A stretch of DNA of 62,574 nucleotides from positions 1 to 62,574 of the forward strand of contig CALRGT010000005.1 of the NCBI GenBank assembly GCA_943358095.1, read 5' to 3'. A program made the translations under genes and the position numbers. Positions 18,702 through 27,959 of the stretch are shown here, in pieces; within the stretch, counting starts at the first letter, position 1, and each line of letters starts with the position of its first letter. The notes below the pieces were generated by a model. The model saw only the letters and a program-made list of their open reading frames with translations. It searched no databases and was not told where the DNA came from. The stretch comes from an uncultured Candidatus Saccharimonas sp. (GTDB lineage Bacteria; Patescibacteriota; Saccharimonadia; Saccharimonadales; AQU-01).

Positions 18702-18995
18702 ATGGCAAAACTAACACGCGATGATGTCTTGAAATTGGCTGGATTAGCCAAACTCGAACTATCTGAAGACGAAGTAAATAAGTTTACACTAGAAATAAGC
18801 GAGATTCTTGGTTATGTCGAACAACTCCAGGCCGTAGATGTAGAAGGTCTAGAACCAACCTACCAATTAACTGGTCTTAGCAACGTTATGCGTCCAGACG
18901 AAATTGTAGATTATAAGATAGAACGCTCAGAACTAATGAAGAATTTACCCGCCGAAGAAGACGGTCAGATTAAAGTAAAGCGAGTTCTAGCATGA
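18702..18995 (+). CDS. gatC: Asp/Glu-tRNA amidotransferase subunit C
   Basis: The LTRDDVLKLAGLAKLELSEDEV N-terminus is typical of GatC. ATGA overlap with gatA. The ATG at 18702 is preferred over the track start at 18678, which overlaps the promoter. Confidence 0.88.
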   Translation: MAKLTRDDVLKLAGLAKLELSEDEVNKFTLEISEILGYVEQLQAVDVEGLEPTYQLTGLSNVMRPDEIVDYKIERSELMKNLPAEEDGQIKVKRVLA

Positions 18996-20422
18996 GCCAG
19001 TGGCCATCTATTAAGGACTTAGCAAGTGACGTTAACTCTGGTCGAGTCTCGGCCTCTGAGCAAGTAGAAAAAGCCTTGAAAACTATCGAAGAAAAGAAAG
19101 AATTCAATGCGATTATAGCTACTCTGGCGGACCGTGCTCGCCAAAGAGCTAAGACGATTGACGACAGAATAAAGGCGGGTGAAAATGTCGGTAGACTCGC
19201 TGGCGTGCCATTTATAGCCAAAGACAACTTTTTGACATTTGGGGCTGAAACAACTGCAGCGAGTAATATTCTAAAGGGCTTTGAGGCACCTTATCAAGCC
19301 ACCGCTATTGAAAGATTAGAGGCAGAGGGTGCTATTTGCGTGGCAAAAGCTAACTTAGATGCCTTTGCTCACGGATCAAGCACCGAGAATAGTGACTTCT
19401 TTACGACATTAAACCCACATGACAAATCTAAGGTTCCTGGCGGTTCATCTGGAGGTTCTACGGCATCTGTAGTTCTAGATATGGCTCCTTTTGCTCTTGG
19501 TACCGATACTGGTGGTTCGATTCGTCTGCCAGCATCATTCTGCGGTGCCGTTGGCTATAAGCCTACCTACGGTCTTGTATCGCGATCAGGGGTTGTGGCT
19601 ATGGCCAGTAGTACTGACGTAATTGGGCCACTAACTAGGACTGTCGCAGATTCTGCCTTGGTTTTAGATATTATGGCCGGAACGGATGAGCTAGACAGCA
19701 CGTCTATCGTAAAAGATAAATTAGGGTACGAATTATCGCCTACAGAAGCACATCTAAAGGGTCAGAAAATCGGCATGATTAGCGAGTATATGAGCGAAGG
19801 TTTGGAGCCAGAAGTTAAGGATAGTATAAATATGGCGATAGAAGCCTTAAAGCAGGCCGGGGCAGAGATAGTAGACGTAAGCTTGCCATCGTTGCCATTA
19901 GCGCTAGCGGTATATTATGTCATATGTCCGGCAGAAGTTAGCAGTAACTTGAGTCGTTATGACGGACAGCGTTATGGATTTAGCCAACAAGATACTACTA
20001 ATCTAGACGATATTTATAAGCAAACTCGTTCAATAGGTTTCGGTAACGAAGCTAAAAGGCGAATTATGATTGGTACTTATGTGCTAAGTAGTGGATTTTA
20101 TGATGCATACTACAAAAAAGCTCAAATCGTTAGAACAAAATTAGTAAAAGAATTTGAAGACGCATTTAAAAAAGTAGACTTCTTAATAGGACCAACTGCC
20201 CCAACAACAGCTTTTGGGGTAGGCGAAAATACCGCTGATCCGTTAAAGATGTACCTAACTGATATTATGACCGTTGCCGTAAATTTAGTTGGCGTGCCAG
20301 CTATTAGCGTGCCTTGCCCAGTGAGCGACAATATGCCAATCGGTTTACAGTTAATTGCCGCCCAGCATCAAGACAGAAAATTATTAGAAATAGCGCAATT
20401 AGCAGAAAGTATTTTGAAATGA
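18992..20422 (+). CDS. gatA: Asp/Glu-tRNA amidotransferase subunit A
   Basis: Amidase signature PGGSSGGSTASV and GTDTGGSIRLPASFCG. Confidence 0.95.
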   Translation: MSQWPSIKDLASDVNSGRVSASEQVEKALKTIEEKKEFNAIIATLADRARQRAKTIDDRIKAGENVGRLAGVPFIAKDNFLTFGAETTAASNILKGFEAPYQATAIERLEAEGAICVAKANLDAFAHGSSTENSDFFTTLNPHDKSKVPGGSSGGSTASVVLDMAPFALGTDTGGSIRLPASFCGAVGYKPTYGLVSRSGVVAMASSTDVIGPLTRTVADSALVLDIMAGTDELDSTSIVKDKLGYELSPTEAHLKGQKIGMISEYMSEGLEPEVKDSINMAIEALKQAGAEIVDVSLPSLPLALAVYYVICPAEVSSNLSRYDGQRYGFSQQDTTNLDDIYKQTRSIGFGNEAKRRIMIGTYVLSSGFYDAYYKKAQIVRTKLVKEFEDAFKKVDFLIGPTAPTTAFGVGENTADPLKMYLTDIMTVAVNLVGVPAISVPCPVSDNMPIGLQLIAAQHQDRKLLEIAQLAESILK

Positions 20423-20823
20423 ACCACCTATTAATAGCGGCCGTAAGTGCCGTCGTGACATTAGTTTTAGCTTTATTGGTATTGTCGGTATTGCGCCGCA
20501 AATCTAATAAAAGGAAATATACGGAAAGATGGCAAGACCTGCAGCGTTATTGTGGTAGTAAGGAAACTTGGCCTCTAGCCATTATTACGGCAGACAAGTT
20601 ATTAGACGAAGCACTAAGAAACCATCGCATAAAGGGCAAAAGTACTGGCGAGCGATTAGTTGCTGCTCAGCATAAAATTACCGACAATGACGCTGTTTGG
20701 TATTCTCATAATCTTGCCAAAAAACTAATAGCAGAAACTACCGTACGACTTAATCAAGCTGATGTTAAGAAGTCTTTAGTTGGGTTTAGGCAGGCGCTGA
20801 AAGATTTAGGGGTTGTAGTGTGA
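20419..20823 (+). CDS. Hypothetical membrane-anchored protein (134 aa) inserted between gatA and gatB
   Basis: ATG at 20419 overlaps the gatA stop (ATGA). N-terminal TM helix LLIAAVSAVVTLVLALLVLSVL. Its stop overlaps the gatB GTG (GTGTGA). Confidence 0.65.
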   Translation: MNHLLIAAVSAVVTLVLALLVLSVLRRKSNKRKYTERWQDLQRYCGSKETWPLAIITADKLLDEALRNHRIKGKSTGERLVAAQHKITDNDAVWYSHNLAKKLIAETTVRLNQADVKKSLVGFRQALKDLGVVV

Positions 20824-22289
20824 GTCAATCCAGCAAGACCTATACCCCGACTATCGGCATAGAATGTCACGTCCAGCTAAGCACAAAGACAAAATTGTTT
20901 GCTGCTGTCGGTAACGACGCTAGAGATGCTCGGCCGAATACTTTGATTAGCCATATTTGCCTTGGAATGCCAGGAGCGTTGCCTGTCCTAAATGCAAAAG
21001 CTGTCGAACTTGGTGCTAGGGCGGCATTTGCATTAAACACGACTCCAGCAGCATTCAGTAAGTTCGACAGGAAGCACTATTTTTACCCTGATTTACCAAA
21101 AGGTTACCAGATTACACAATTTGAGCAACCAATAGTACTAGGTGGTTACGTAGAGATTGAAAGTGAAGGCGTAAAAAAGAAGATTGGCATTACCCGGGCT
21201 CACTTAGAAGAAGATGCTGGCAAAAGCACTCATCCAGCCGGTAAAGATTACAGCCTCGTAGACTTAAACCGCGCTGGTACGCCGCTACTAGAGATAGTCT
21301 CAGAACCAGATATTAAGTCTGCGGCAGATGCTAAGGCTTACGCTCGAGAATTATATTTGATTGTTAAGTATGCGGGTATTTCCGATGCAGATTTGTACCA
21401 TGGCAATATGCGTTTTGACGTTAACGTATCAGTTAGTAGCGATCCAAACGTATTAGGTACTCGCACAGAGTCAAAGAACTTAAACTCGTTTAAGAGCGTA
21501 GAAAAAGCGGCAGAATACGAGATTAAACGCCAAATAGAGTTGCTCGAAAAAGGTGAAGTAATTATACAAGAAACTCGTGGTTGGGATGACGCCAAACAGA
21601 GAACATTTTCACAGCGTGGCAAAGAGCAGGCCCATGATTATCGCTATATGCCAGAACCGGATGTTCCGCCAATAATTCTATCTGAAGAATTTATTAATGA
21701 GATAAAATCATCGCTGCCTGTAATGCCTGACGAATGGCGTAATCGCTTGTTGTCGTTAGGATTGAGCCGAAGTCAGATAGACACGCTCTTAGAAGCAGAA
21801 ATCGATAACGAAGCCGTAGATTACCTTCCTATAATTGAAAGTAATTTAGATAATCCAGATGTTGCTAAGTTTATTGCTAATTATTTTGTAAACATTGAGA
21901 TACCTATGCGTCATGACGGTAGTGTAAGTGATAAGCTTGACAACCAGGCCCGATCAACTATATATATTGCGATCGACAGACTAATTCAAGATAACAAGCT
22001 TAGCTCTACGAATGCCAAGGCCTTACTTACGCAGCTACTTAAAGATGGTTTAAGTCCTACAGATATTGAAGAATATGCCGCCGAGCAGGGTTATATACAA
22101 GAATCCGATAGTAACGAAATCGAAAAGATTGTAGAAGCGGTTATAGCTGAGTTTCCTGACGCCGCCAATGATGTCAAGAACGGCGAAATGAAGGCTATAG
22201 GTTTCTTAACTGGTCAAGTTATGAAGAAGTCTCTAGGCAAGGCTAATCCAGGAATGGCACAAGAATTAATTCGTAAAAAACTAGCGTAA
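20820..22289 (+). CDS. gatB: Asp/Glu-tRNA amidotransferase subunit B
   Basis: IGIECHVQL, HYFYPDLPKGYQITQ, AHLEEDAGK and a C-terminal GatB/YqeY-like domain. Confidence 0.95.
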   Translation: MSQSSKTYTPTIGIECHVQLSTKTKLFAAVGNDARDARPNTLISHICLGMPGALPVLNAKAVELGARAAFALNTTPAAFSKFDRKHYFYPDLPKGYQITQFEQPIVLGGYVEIESEGVKKKIGITRAHLEEDAGKSTHPAGKDYSLVDLNRAGTPLLEIVSEPDIKSAADAKAYARELYLIVKYAGISDADLYHGNMRFDVNVSVSSDPNVLGTRTESKNLNSFKSVEKAAEYEIKRQIELLEKGEVIIQETRGWDDAKQRTFSQRGKEQAHDYRYMPEPDVPPIILSEEFINEIKSSLPVMPDEWRNRLLSLGLSRSQIDTLLEAEIDNEAVDYLPIIESNLDNPDVAKFIANYFVNIEIPMRHDGSVSDKLDNQARSTIYIAIDRLIQDNKLSSTNAKALLTQLLKDGLSPTDIEEYAAEQGYIQESDSNEIEKIVEAVIAEFPDAANDVKNGEMKAIGFLTGQVMKKSLGKANPGMAQELIRKKLA

Positions 22290-22317
22290 GTTGTTTGGAA
22301 TAAGTTACAATCAGCTT

Positions 22318-23220
22318 ATGAATAACAAACCCGTACGAAAAGCAGTTATAGCAGCCGCTGGATATGGTACTAGATTCTTACCGCAAACTAAGGCAATGCC
22401 CAAGGAAATGTTGCCACTTATCGACAAACCAATTATTCAGTATATTGTTGAAGATTTAGTCGCAGCAGGCATCAAAGACATTATTATAGTAACTGGTTAT
22501 AGTAAACGAAACATAGAAGACCACTTCGACACGCCAAACGAAGATTTATTGAACAATTTGAGGGCCGGCGGAGAATCAAAGGCGCACTTGATTGCAGAAA
22601 TCGAAAGAATTTCTGACATGGCTAACTTTGCTTATGTTAGACAGAAAGGGCCTTATGGCACGGCCACACCATTAATGAATGTGGCGCACTTGGTTGGTGA
22701 CGAGCCTTTTATCTATACCTATGCAGACGATTTATTTGTTTCTCAACCGAATGCATTTCAACAAATGATCGAGCTATACAATGAATTTGGGTCCAGTATT
22801 CTCCCATGTATCAGAATCGAAGATGATCGTGACTACAGTCGTTACGGTGTAGTGTCTGGTGATAATGTGCGCGAGGATGTGATAAAGATAAATAACATAA
22901 TTGAAAAGCCAGGCAAAGATAATGCGCCGTCAAATTTTGCTAGTGTGGCTGGATACTTATTAACACCCGATGTATTCGATTATCTGGATAAGGGTCGTGA
23001 TGAATTACCGGAGGGTAAAGAGTTCTATCTGACTGATAATATCATCAAGCCTATGTTAACAGACGGAAAAGCTTTTTATGCTTGTGAGATCAAAGATAGC
23101 GTTCGTTACGATACTGGGAACAAGCTAGATTATCTAAAAGCTGTTGTTGATTTTGCATTAATGAGAGACGACATTAAAGATGAGTTTAAGCAATTCCTCA
23201 AACAAAAATCAAACGAATAG
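22318..23220 (+). CDS. galU: UTP--glucose-1-phosphate uridylyltransferase
   Basis: AAGYGTRFLPQTKAMPKEMLPLIDKP motif. ATG at 22318 lies 6 nt after TACAAT (22306-22311). The track's TTG at 22291 is less likely. Confidence 0.9.
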   Translation: MNNKPVRKAVIAAAGYGTRFLPQTKAMPKEMLPLIDKPIIQYIVEDLVAAGIKDIIIVTGYSKRNIEDHFDTPNEDLLNNLRAGGESKAHLIAEIERISDMANFAYVRQKGPYGTATPLMNVAHLVGDEPFIYTYADDLFVSQPNAFQQMIELYNEFGSSILPCIRIEDDRDYSRYGVVSGDNVREDVIKINNIIEKPGKDNAPSNFASVAGYLLTPDVFDYLDKGRDELPEGKEFYLTDNIIKPMLTDGKAFYACEIKDSVRYDTGNKLDYLKAVVDFALMRDDIKDEFKQFLKQKSNE

Positions 23221-23258
23221 TGATTGCTTTTAGTAACTGATGTATAATTAAGTCATAA

Positions 23259-23507
23259 ATGAATACAGACGAAAGATTCCTAGTAATCCTACTTTCACTA
23301 GCACTTGCTACCTTCCTGGTATTAGGCATAGTGGCTGTAATAAAAACGATTCAAATATTAGACAATGTCCGGAAAATAACCGAGAAGGCTGAAGAATTTG
23401 CCGAGAAAGCAGAAGCAGTTGGTGACTTCTTGCATAAAACCGCTGGTCCTGCCGTTTTAATTAAGACACTAGGCAAGATGGCCAGATCATACACCGACAA
23501 AAAATAA
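23259..23507 (+). CDS. Small membrane protein, DUF948/YtxG-like
   Basis: An N-terminal TM helix is followed by a charged helical segment (DNVRKITEKAEEFAEKAEAVGDFL). Adjacency to a YtxH-like gene mirrors the Bacillus ytxG-ytxH arrangement. Confidence 0.5.
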   Translation: MNTDERFLVILLSLALATFLVLGIVAVIKTIQILDNVRKITEKAEEFAEKAEAVGDFLHKTAGPAVLIKTLGKMARSYTDKK

Positions 23508-23529
23508 GGCAATTTAAAGGGGTAATATT

Positions 23530-23958
23530 GTGAAGAAAAAAACAGAAAAAATAGCTATCGGCACAGCTGTAGCAGCGGCAGTAGGTTATTTGGCTGGAAT
23601 TCTAACAGCTCCAAAAACTGGAAAGAGTTTGCGAAAAACAATTCACAACACGGCATCTAAAACACGATCTGAAACAGAACGAAAACTCAAGTCAATGCAT
23701 AGTGAAGTCAACGACCTTATTGTTACTGGTAACGAAACTCGAGATAAACTTCAAGATAAGACGGACGAAAAATTAGCGGCACTTCTAGTAACAGCTAACA
23801 CCGCCAAAGATAAGGCTCGTGAAATGATTTCTGCGCTACACGAAGGTGGTGCTGCCGACGAAGAGCTACAAGTAGCAATAAATGACGTTAACAAGGCTAT
23901 AGACCACCTTAAAAAGTATTTAACAAATGATACAAAAACTAAAAAAACAAGCAAGTAG
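23530..23958 (+). CDS. YtxH domain-containing protein
   Basis: GTG start after AAGGGG. The N-terminal AVGYLAGILTAPKTGKSLRKTI matches the YtxH APKSGKExR-type motif. The rest is coiled-coil-like. Confidence 0.7.
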   Translation: MKKKTEKIAIGTAVAAAVGYLAGILTAPKTGKSLRKTIHNTASKTRSETERKLKSMHSEVNDLIVTGNETRDKLQDKTDEKLAALLVTANTAKDKAREMISALHEGGAADEELQVAINDVNKAIDHLKKYLTNDTKTKKTSK

Positions 23959-24202
23959 AACCGACAAGGAGTACGAGACTCTAGGGCGCATGCTAGAGAG
24001 CTTTTATGAGAGTGGTTACATTAATCACAAAAAAGCCTATAAAGTTAGTTTTGTTAAAGGAATTTTTACTGGACTTGGCACGGTAATTGGCGCCACCATA
24101 GTAGTATCGATACTTATTTTTGTGCTTTCCTTCTTTAAGCAAATCCCTTTAATTGGCCATTTCGCGGATAAAGTTAGATCTTCAATAGAAGTTACCCGCT
24201 AA
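23927..24202 (+). CDS. Small hypothetical membrane protein (91 aa)
   Basis: C-terminal hydrophobic segment GLGTVIGATIVVSILIFVLSFF. Overlaps the previous gene by 32 nt. An alternative start is the ATG at 23990. Confidence 0.5.
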   Translation: MIQKLKKQASRTDKEYETLGRMLESFYESGYINHKKAYKVSFVKGIFTGLGTVIGATIVVSILIFVLSFFKQIPLIGHFADKVRSSIEVTR

Positions 24203-24300
24203 CTCTGTTGTAATTATCGCTTTCACCGACTTAGCAGGGGCAGAGGTCGGTAAAGTCAGTTACAATAGATGTACATATATTTATAAAATCAGGATTAAGT

Positions 24301-27300
24301 ATGGCCAAAGAATTAACTCCGGCAAATTTCGTACATCTACATAATCATACCCAATATAGCTTGCTGGACGGACTTACGAAAATCCCGGCATTGATTGATT
24401 ATGTAAACGAGATGGGCATGAAGGCTATTGCGATAACAGACCACGGTACCTTGTCGGGAGCTGTAGAATTTTATAAGACGGCCAAGGCCGGTGATGTTAA
24501 GCCAATTATCGGTATGGAAACTTATGTCGCTCCAAGGGGTCATACAGACAGGGATCCTAGTAAAGATAAGACACCTTTTCATTTAATAGTTTTGGCAATG
24601 AATTATCAGGGTTATCAAAATTTAATGCGTTTAAGTACGACTGCAAATTTAGACGGGTTTTATTATAAGCCTAGAGTTGATCATGAGTTATTGGAAAAAT
24701 ATAACGAAGGATTAATCATCCTTAGTGGATGTATTGGTGGAGAGATTGGGGATGCCCTAAGACAAGGTCAGTATGATAAGGCCGTGACTGTAGCCACTTG
24801 GTATAAATCAATATTTGGTGACAGATATTATTTTGAAGTTCAAGATCATGGACATCTGAAGCATCCTGCTCGATGGGTTGAGCAAACTGCTGTGAATGAT
24901 CAAATATTCAAATTGTCAGCAGAATTAGATATTCCAGTTGTTGTAACTAGCGATGCTCATTACCTAAGACATGAAGACCAGGAAGCGCACGAAATATTAT
25001 TGTGTGTTCAGACTGGTTCTTTTTTGAGCGATGAAAAGCGAATGAGCTTAAAAGAGTTTGAGCTTCATGTTACTGAGCCCGAAGAGATAATCAAAAGATG
25101 GGGCGCAGATCATCCGGACGTGATAACGAATACACGCGATATCGCCGATAGATGCGATGTAGAGTTGAAGTTGGGCGAATACCTTATTCCAAAATTTTCT
25201 GTTCCGGATGGTGAGTCCGAAAAAAGCTATCTAGATAAACTCACTTTCTCGAGGTTATTGAAGCGTTACAATAATGTAGACGCAAAAGCTTCCGAAAAGA
25301 TGACTATACAGTCTATGAAGGATGTGTTGCCGCCAGAAGTTGTTGTTCGAGCAGATTATGAGCTGGGAACTATTGATAGGATGGGATTCAACGGATATTT
25401 TTTGATCGTTCAGGATTTTATTAACTGGGGCAAGAACGAAGGAATCATTTTTGGCCCAGGTAGAGGTAGTGGCGCAGGATCGATTGTTGCATTTGCGCTT
25501 AGGATTACTGAACTTGATCCGCTTAAGTATGAACTATTGTTCGAGCGTTTTCTTAATCCAGATCGTATATCTATGCCCGATTTTGATATTGATATACAGG
25601 ATTCGCGCCGTGAAGAAGTTATCCAGTATTGTGTAAGAAAGTACGGAAAAGAACGAGTGGCAAATATTGTCACATTCGGTAAAATGGCGGCACGAAACGC
25701 CGTACGAGATGTGTCTAGGGTTTTACAAGTTCCATATGCAGAGGCAGATCGTCTTGCAAAAATGATTCCTCCGCCAGTACAGGGCAGGCATATTCCACTA
25801 TCAAAATCTATAGTAGATGACCCTGATTTGAAGAGAGAATATGAAGCCAGTGATCTTACAAAGAGAGTATTTGATTTAGCGATTAGACTAGAAGGTACTA
25901 TTCGATCTCATGGTGTGCACGCAGCAGGAGTGGTAATTGCGCCAGACGATATCGTTAAGTTTGCACCTTTGGAAATGGCCCAGAAGGGCGTAGTGTCTAC
26001 GCAGTATTCTATGGGTCCCGTTGAGGAACTAGGATTATTGAAGATGGACTTTTTGGGACTATCAAACTTAACTACGATCAAGAACGCTTTGAGAATCATT
26101 AAGAAAGTTTACAAAAAAGACATTGATATTAATACTCTGCCTTTGGATGATGTGGCAACTTATAAATTACTTGCCAAAGGTGATACTACTGGAGTATTTC
26201 AGCTTGAATCTGCTGGCATGAAGAGGTATTTGAAAGATCTTAAGCCGACGGTCTTTGATGATATTGTGGCTATGGGCGCATTGTATCGTCCTGGACCGAT
26301 GCAGTGGATTGAGGATTTTATCGCTAGAAAACACGGATTAAGAGAAATTGAATATCTTCACCCTGCAATGGAGCCAGCGTTGAAGCCAACTTACGGTATT
26401 ATTGTTTATCAAGAGCAGGTGATGCAAATTAGCCGTGAAATGTGTGGCTTTACTGGCGGTCAATCTGATACTCTCAGAAAAGCTATTGGTAAGAAGAAGC
26501 CTGAAGAAATGGCTAAGATGAAGGCTGCGTTTATTGATGGAGCGATTAAAACAGTAGGCGCTAATCCACAAGTCATGGAAAAATTTTGGGGACAGCTTGA
26601 AGCATTCGCAGCCTACGCCTTTCCTAAGGCGCACGCCGCTTGTTACGCCCTGACCTCCTATCATACGGCCTATTTGAAGGCTCATTATCCTGCGGCGTTT
26701 ATGGCAGCTCTAATGACAAGTGATTTTGACGATACAGACAGATTAAGTATTGAAATAAGTGAATGTAAGCACATGGGCCTAGAAGTATTGGCGCCAGACG
26801 TCAACCAATCTTTTGGAGAGTTCGCAGTAGTACCTGGAGAAACGGTAAAGCAGGGTCAAATTCGTTTCGGGATGAACGCTGTTAAAAACGTAGGTTCTGG
26901 AGCTGTCGAGGATATTATCTTAGCTAGAGACATTGACGGTAAATTCTCGAGTCTAGAAGACTTTTTGGCAAAAGTAAATTCTAAAGTTGTAAATCGTAAA
27001 ACTATGGAAAGCTTGATTAAGTCGGGTGCCTTTTCTAGTTTTGAAACTAGGGGAGTTCTGCTCAATAATCTCGACACTATATTAGCTTATTCTTCACGCC
27101 TGCATAAGGAGAAGAACAGTGGTCAAACTGATTTGTTCGGAAACCAATTGGATAGTGAGGTTTCTACACCTAAACTCGCTCTCGATAACATGGATATTAC
27201 TTATACCAGTCGTGATGAATTGCAATGGGAAAGAGACCTGCTTGGCCTATATTTATCGCAACATCCTCTAGAGCAATTTACAGTGTTTCTTGACGAACAA

Positions 27301-27930
27301 ACTGTTCCTCTTGCTAGTATTAAGCCCGAGCATGATGGTAAATTAGTCACTATTGGCGGGATAATTATGGAGTTTAGAGAAATCTCCACTAAGAATGGTC
27401 AAAAAATGGCGTTTGTTAAAATAGCCGACCAAAATACAGAGTGTGAATTAGTTTTATTCCCGTCAATATATCAAAAGACTATTGGTATTTGGCAGCGCGA
27501 TCATATTGTACTTGTTAAGGGCAAGGTCAACGGCAAGGACCGAGAGGGCAATATTCATTCCGATCTTAAAATTCTAGTCGATGACGCTAGAGAAGTGACT
27601 ATAGAACAAGCGATTGCATACGAAACTACAGGTAAAAAGCAGAGAGTACTAAAAACGCCTTCTCCTGCAAAAGTAAAGAATACTGCCACATCAAATGATT
27701 CAAAAAATCAAAGGCTATATATTAGAATAAAAAATTCAGAAGATAGTGCGACATTGTCAAAGTTAAAGAATCTAATAGACGAGAACGCTGGCGAGACAGA
27801 AGTCGTATTAGTGCTGGGTGAAGAATCAAATAAACAAATCATCAAGCTGCCGCTAAAGATTGGCATTAAAGACAAAGTTACAGAAAGTTTAAATAACTTA
27901 GTAGGTGCAGAGAACGTTAAGATTAACTAG
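24301..27930 (+). CDS. dnaE: DNA polymerase III alpha subunit
   Basis: PHP domain FVHLHNHTQYSLLDG, GPGRGSGAGS, PDFDIDI and a C-terminal OB-fold region. 1209 aa. Confidence 0.95.
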   Translation: MAKELTPANFVHLHNHTQYSLLDGLTKIPALIDYVNEMGMKAIAITDHGTLSGAVEFYKTAKAGDVKPIIGMETYVAPRGHTDRDPSKDKTPFHLIVLAMNYQGYQNLMRLSTTANLDGFYYKPRVDHELLEKYNEGLIILSGCIGGEIGDALRQGQYDKAVTVATWYKSIFGDRYYFEVQDHGHLKHPARWVEQTAVNDQIFKLSAELDIPVVVTSDAHYLRHEDQEAHEILLCVQTGSFLSDEKRMSLKEFELHVTEPEEIIKRWGADHPDVITNTRDIADRCDVELKLGEYLIPKFSVPDGESEKSYLDKLTFSRLLKRYNNVDAKASEKMTIQSMKDVLPPEVVVRADYELGTIDRMGFNGYFLIVQDFINWGKNEGIIFGPGRGSGAGSIVAFALRITELDPLKYELLFERFLNPDRISMPDFDIDIQDSRREEVIQYCVRKYGKERVANIVTFGKMAARNAVRDVSRVLQVPYAEADRLAKMIPPPVQGRHIPLSKSIVDDPDLKREYEASDLTKRVFDLAIRLEGTIRSHGVHAAGVVIAPDDIVKFAPLEMAQKGVVSTQYSMGPVEELGLLKMDFLGLSNLTTIKNALRIIKKVYKKDIDINTLPLDDVATYKLLAKGDTTGVFQLESAGMKRYLKDLKPTVFDDIVAMGALYRPGPMQWIEDFIARKHGLREIEYLHPAMEPALKPTYGIIVYQEQVMQISREMCGFTGGQSDTLRKAIGKKKPEEMAKMKAAFIDGAIKTVGANPQVMEKFWGQLEAFAAYAFPKAHAACYALTSYHTAYLKAHYPAAFMAALMTSDFDDTDRLSIEISECKHMGLEVLAPDVNQSFGEFAVVPGETVKQGQIRFGMNAVKNVGSGAVEDIILARDIDGKFSSLEDFLAKVNSKVVNRKTMESLIKSGAFSSFETRGVLLNNLDTILAYSSRLHKEKNSGQTDLFGNQLDSEVSTPKLALDNMDITYTSRDELQWERDLLGLYLSQHPLEQFTVFLDEQTVPLASIKPEHDGKLVTIGGIIMEFREISTKNGQKMAFVKIADQNTECELVLFPSIYQKTIGIWQRDHIVLVKGKVNGKDREGNIHSDLKILVDDAREVTIEQAIAYETTGKKQRVLKTPSPAKVKNTATSNDSKNQRLYIRIKNSEDSATLSKLKNLIDENAGETEVVLVLGEESNKQIIKLPLKIGIKDKVTESLNNLVGAENVKIN

Positions 27931-27959
27931 GTTGTGATAATAATCTATTAAATAAAGTT

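Noticed and set aside
20314-20418. N-terminal 35 codons of the 169-aa ORF overlapping the 3' end of gatA
   Set aside because: This stretch lies wholly inside gatA in another frame. The ATG at 20419 forms an ATGA junction with the gatA stop and begins directly with the TM helix.
24220-24257. Hairpin ACCGAC-N15-GTCGGT after the small membrane ORF, considered as a terminator before dnaE
   Set aside because: The stem is only 6 bp, the loop is 15 nt and no U-tract follows, so the support is too weak.
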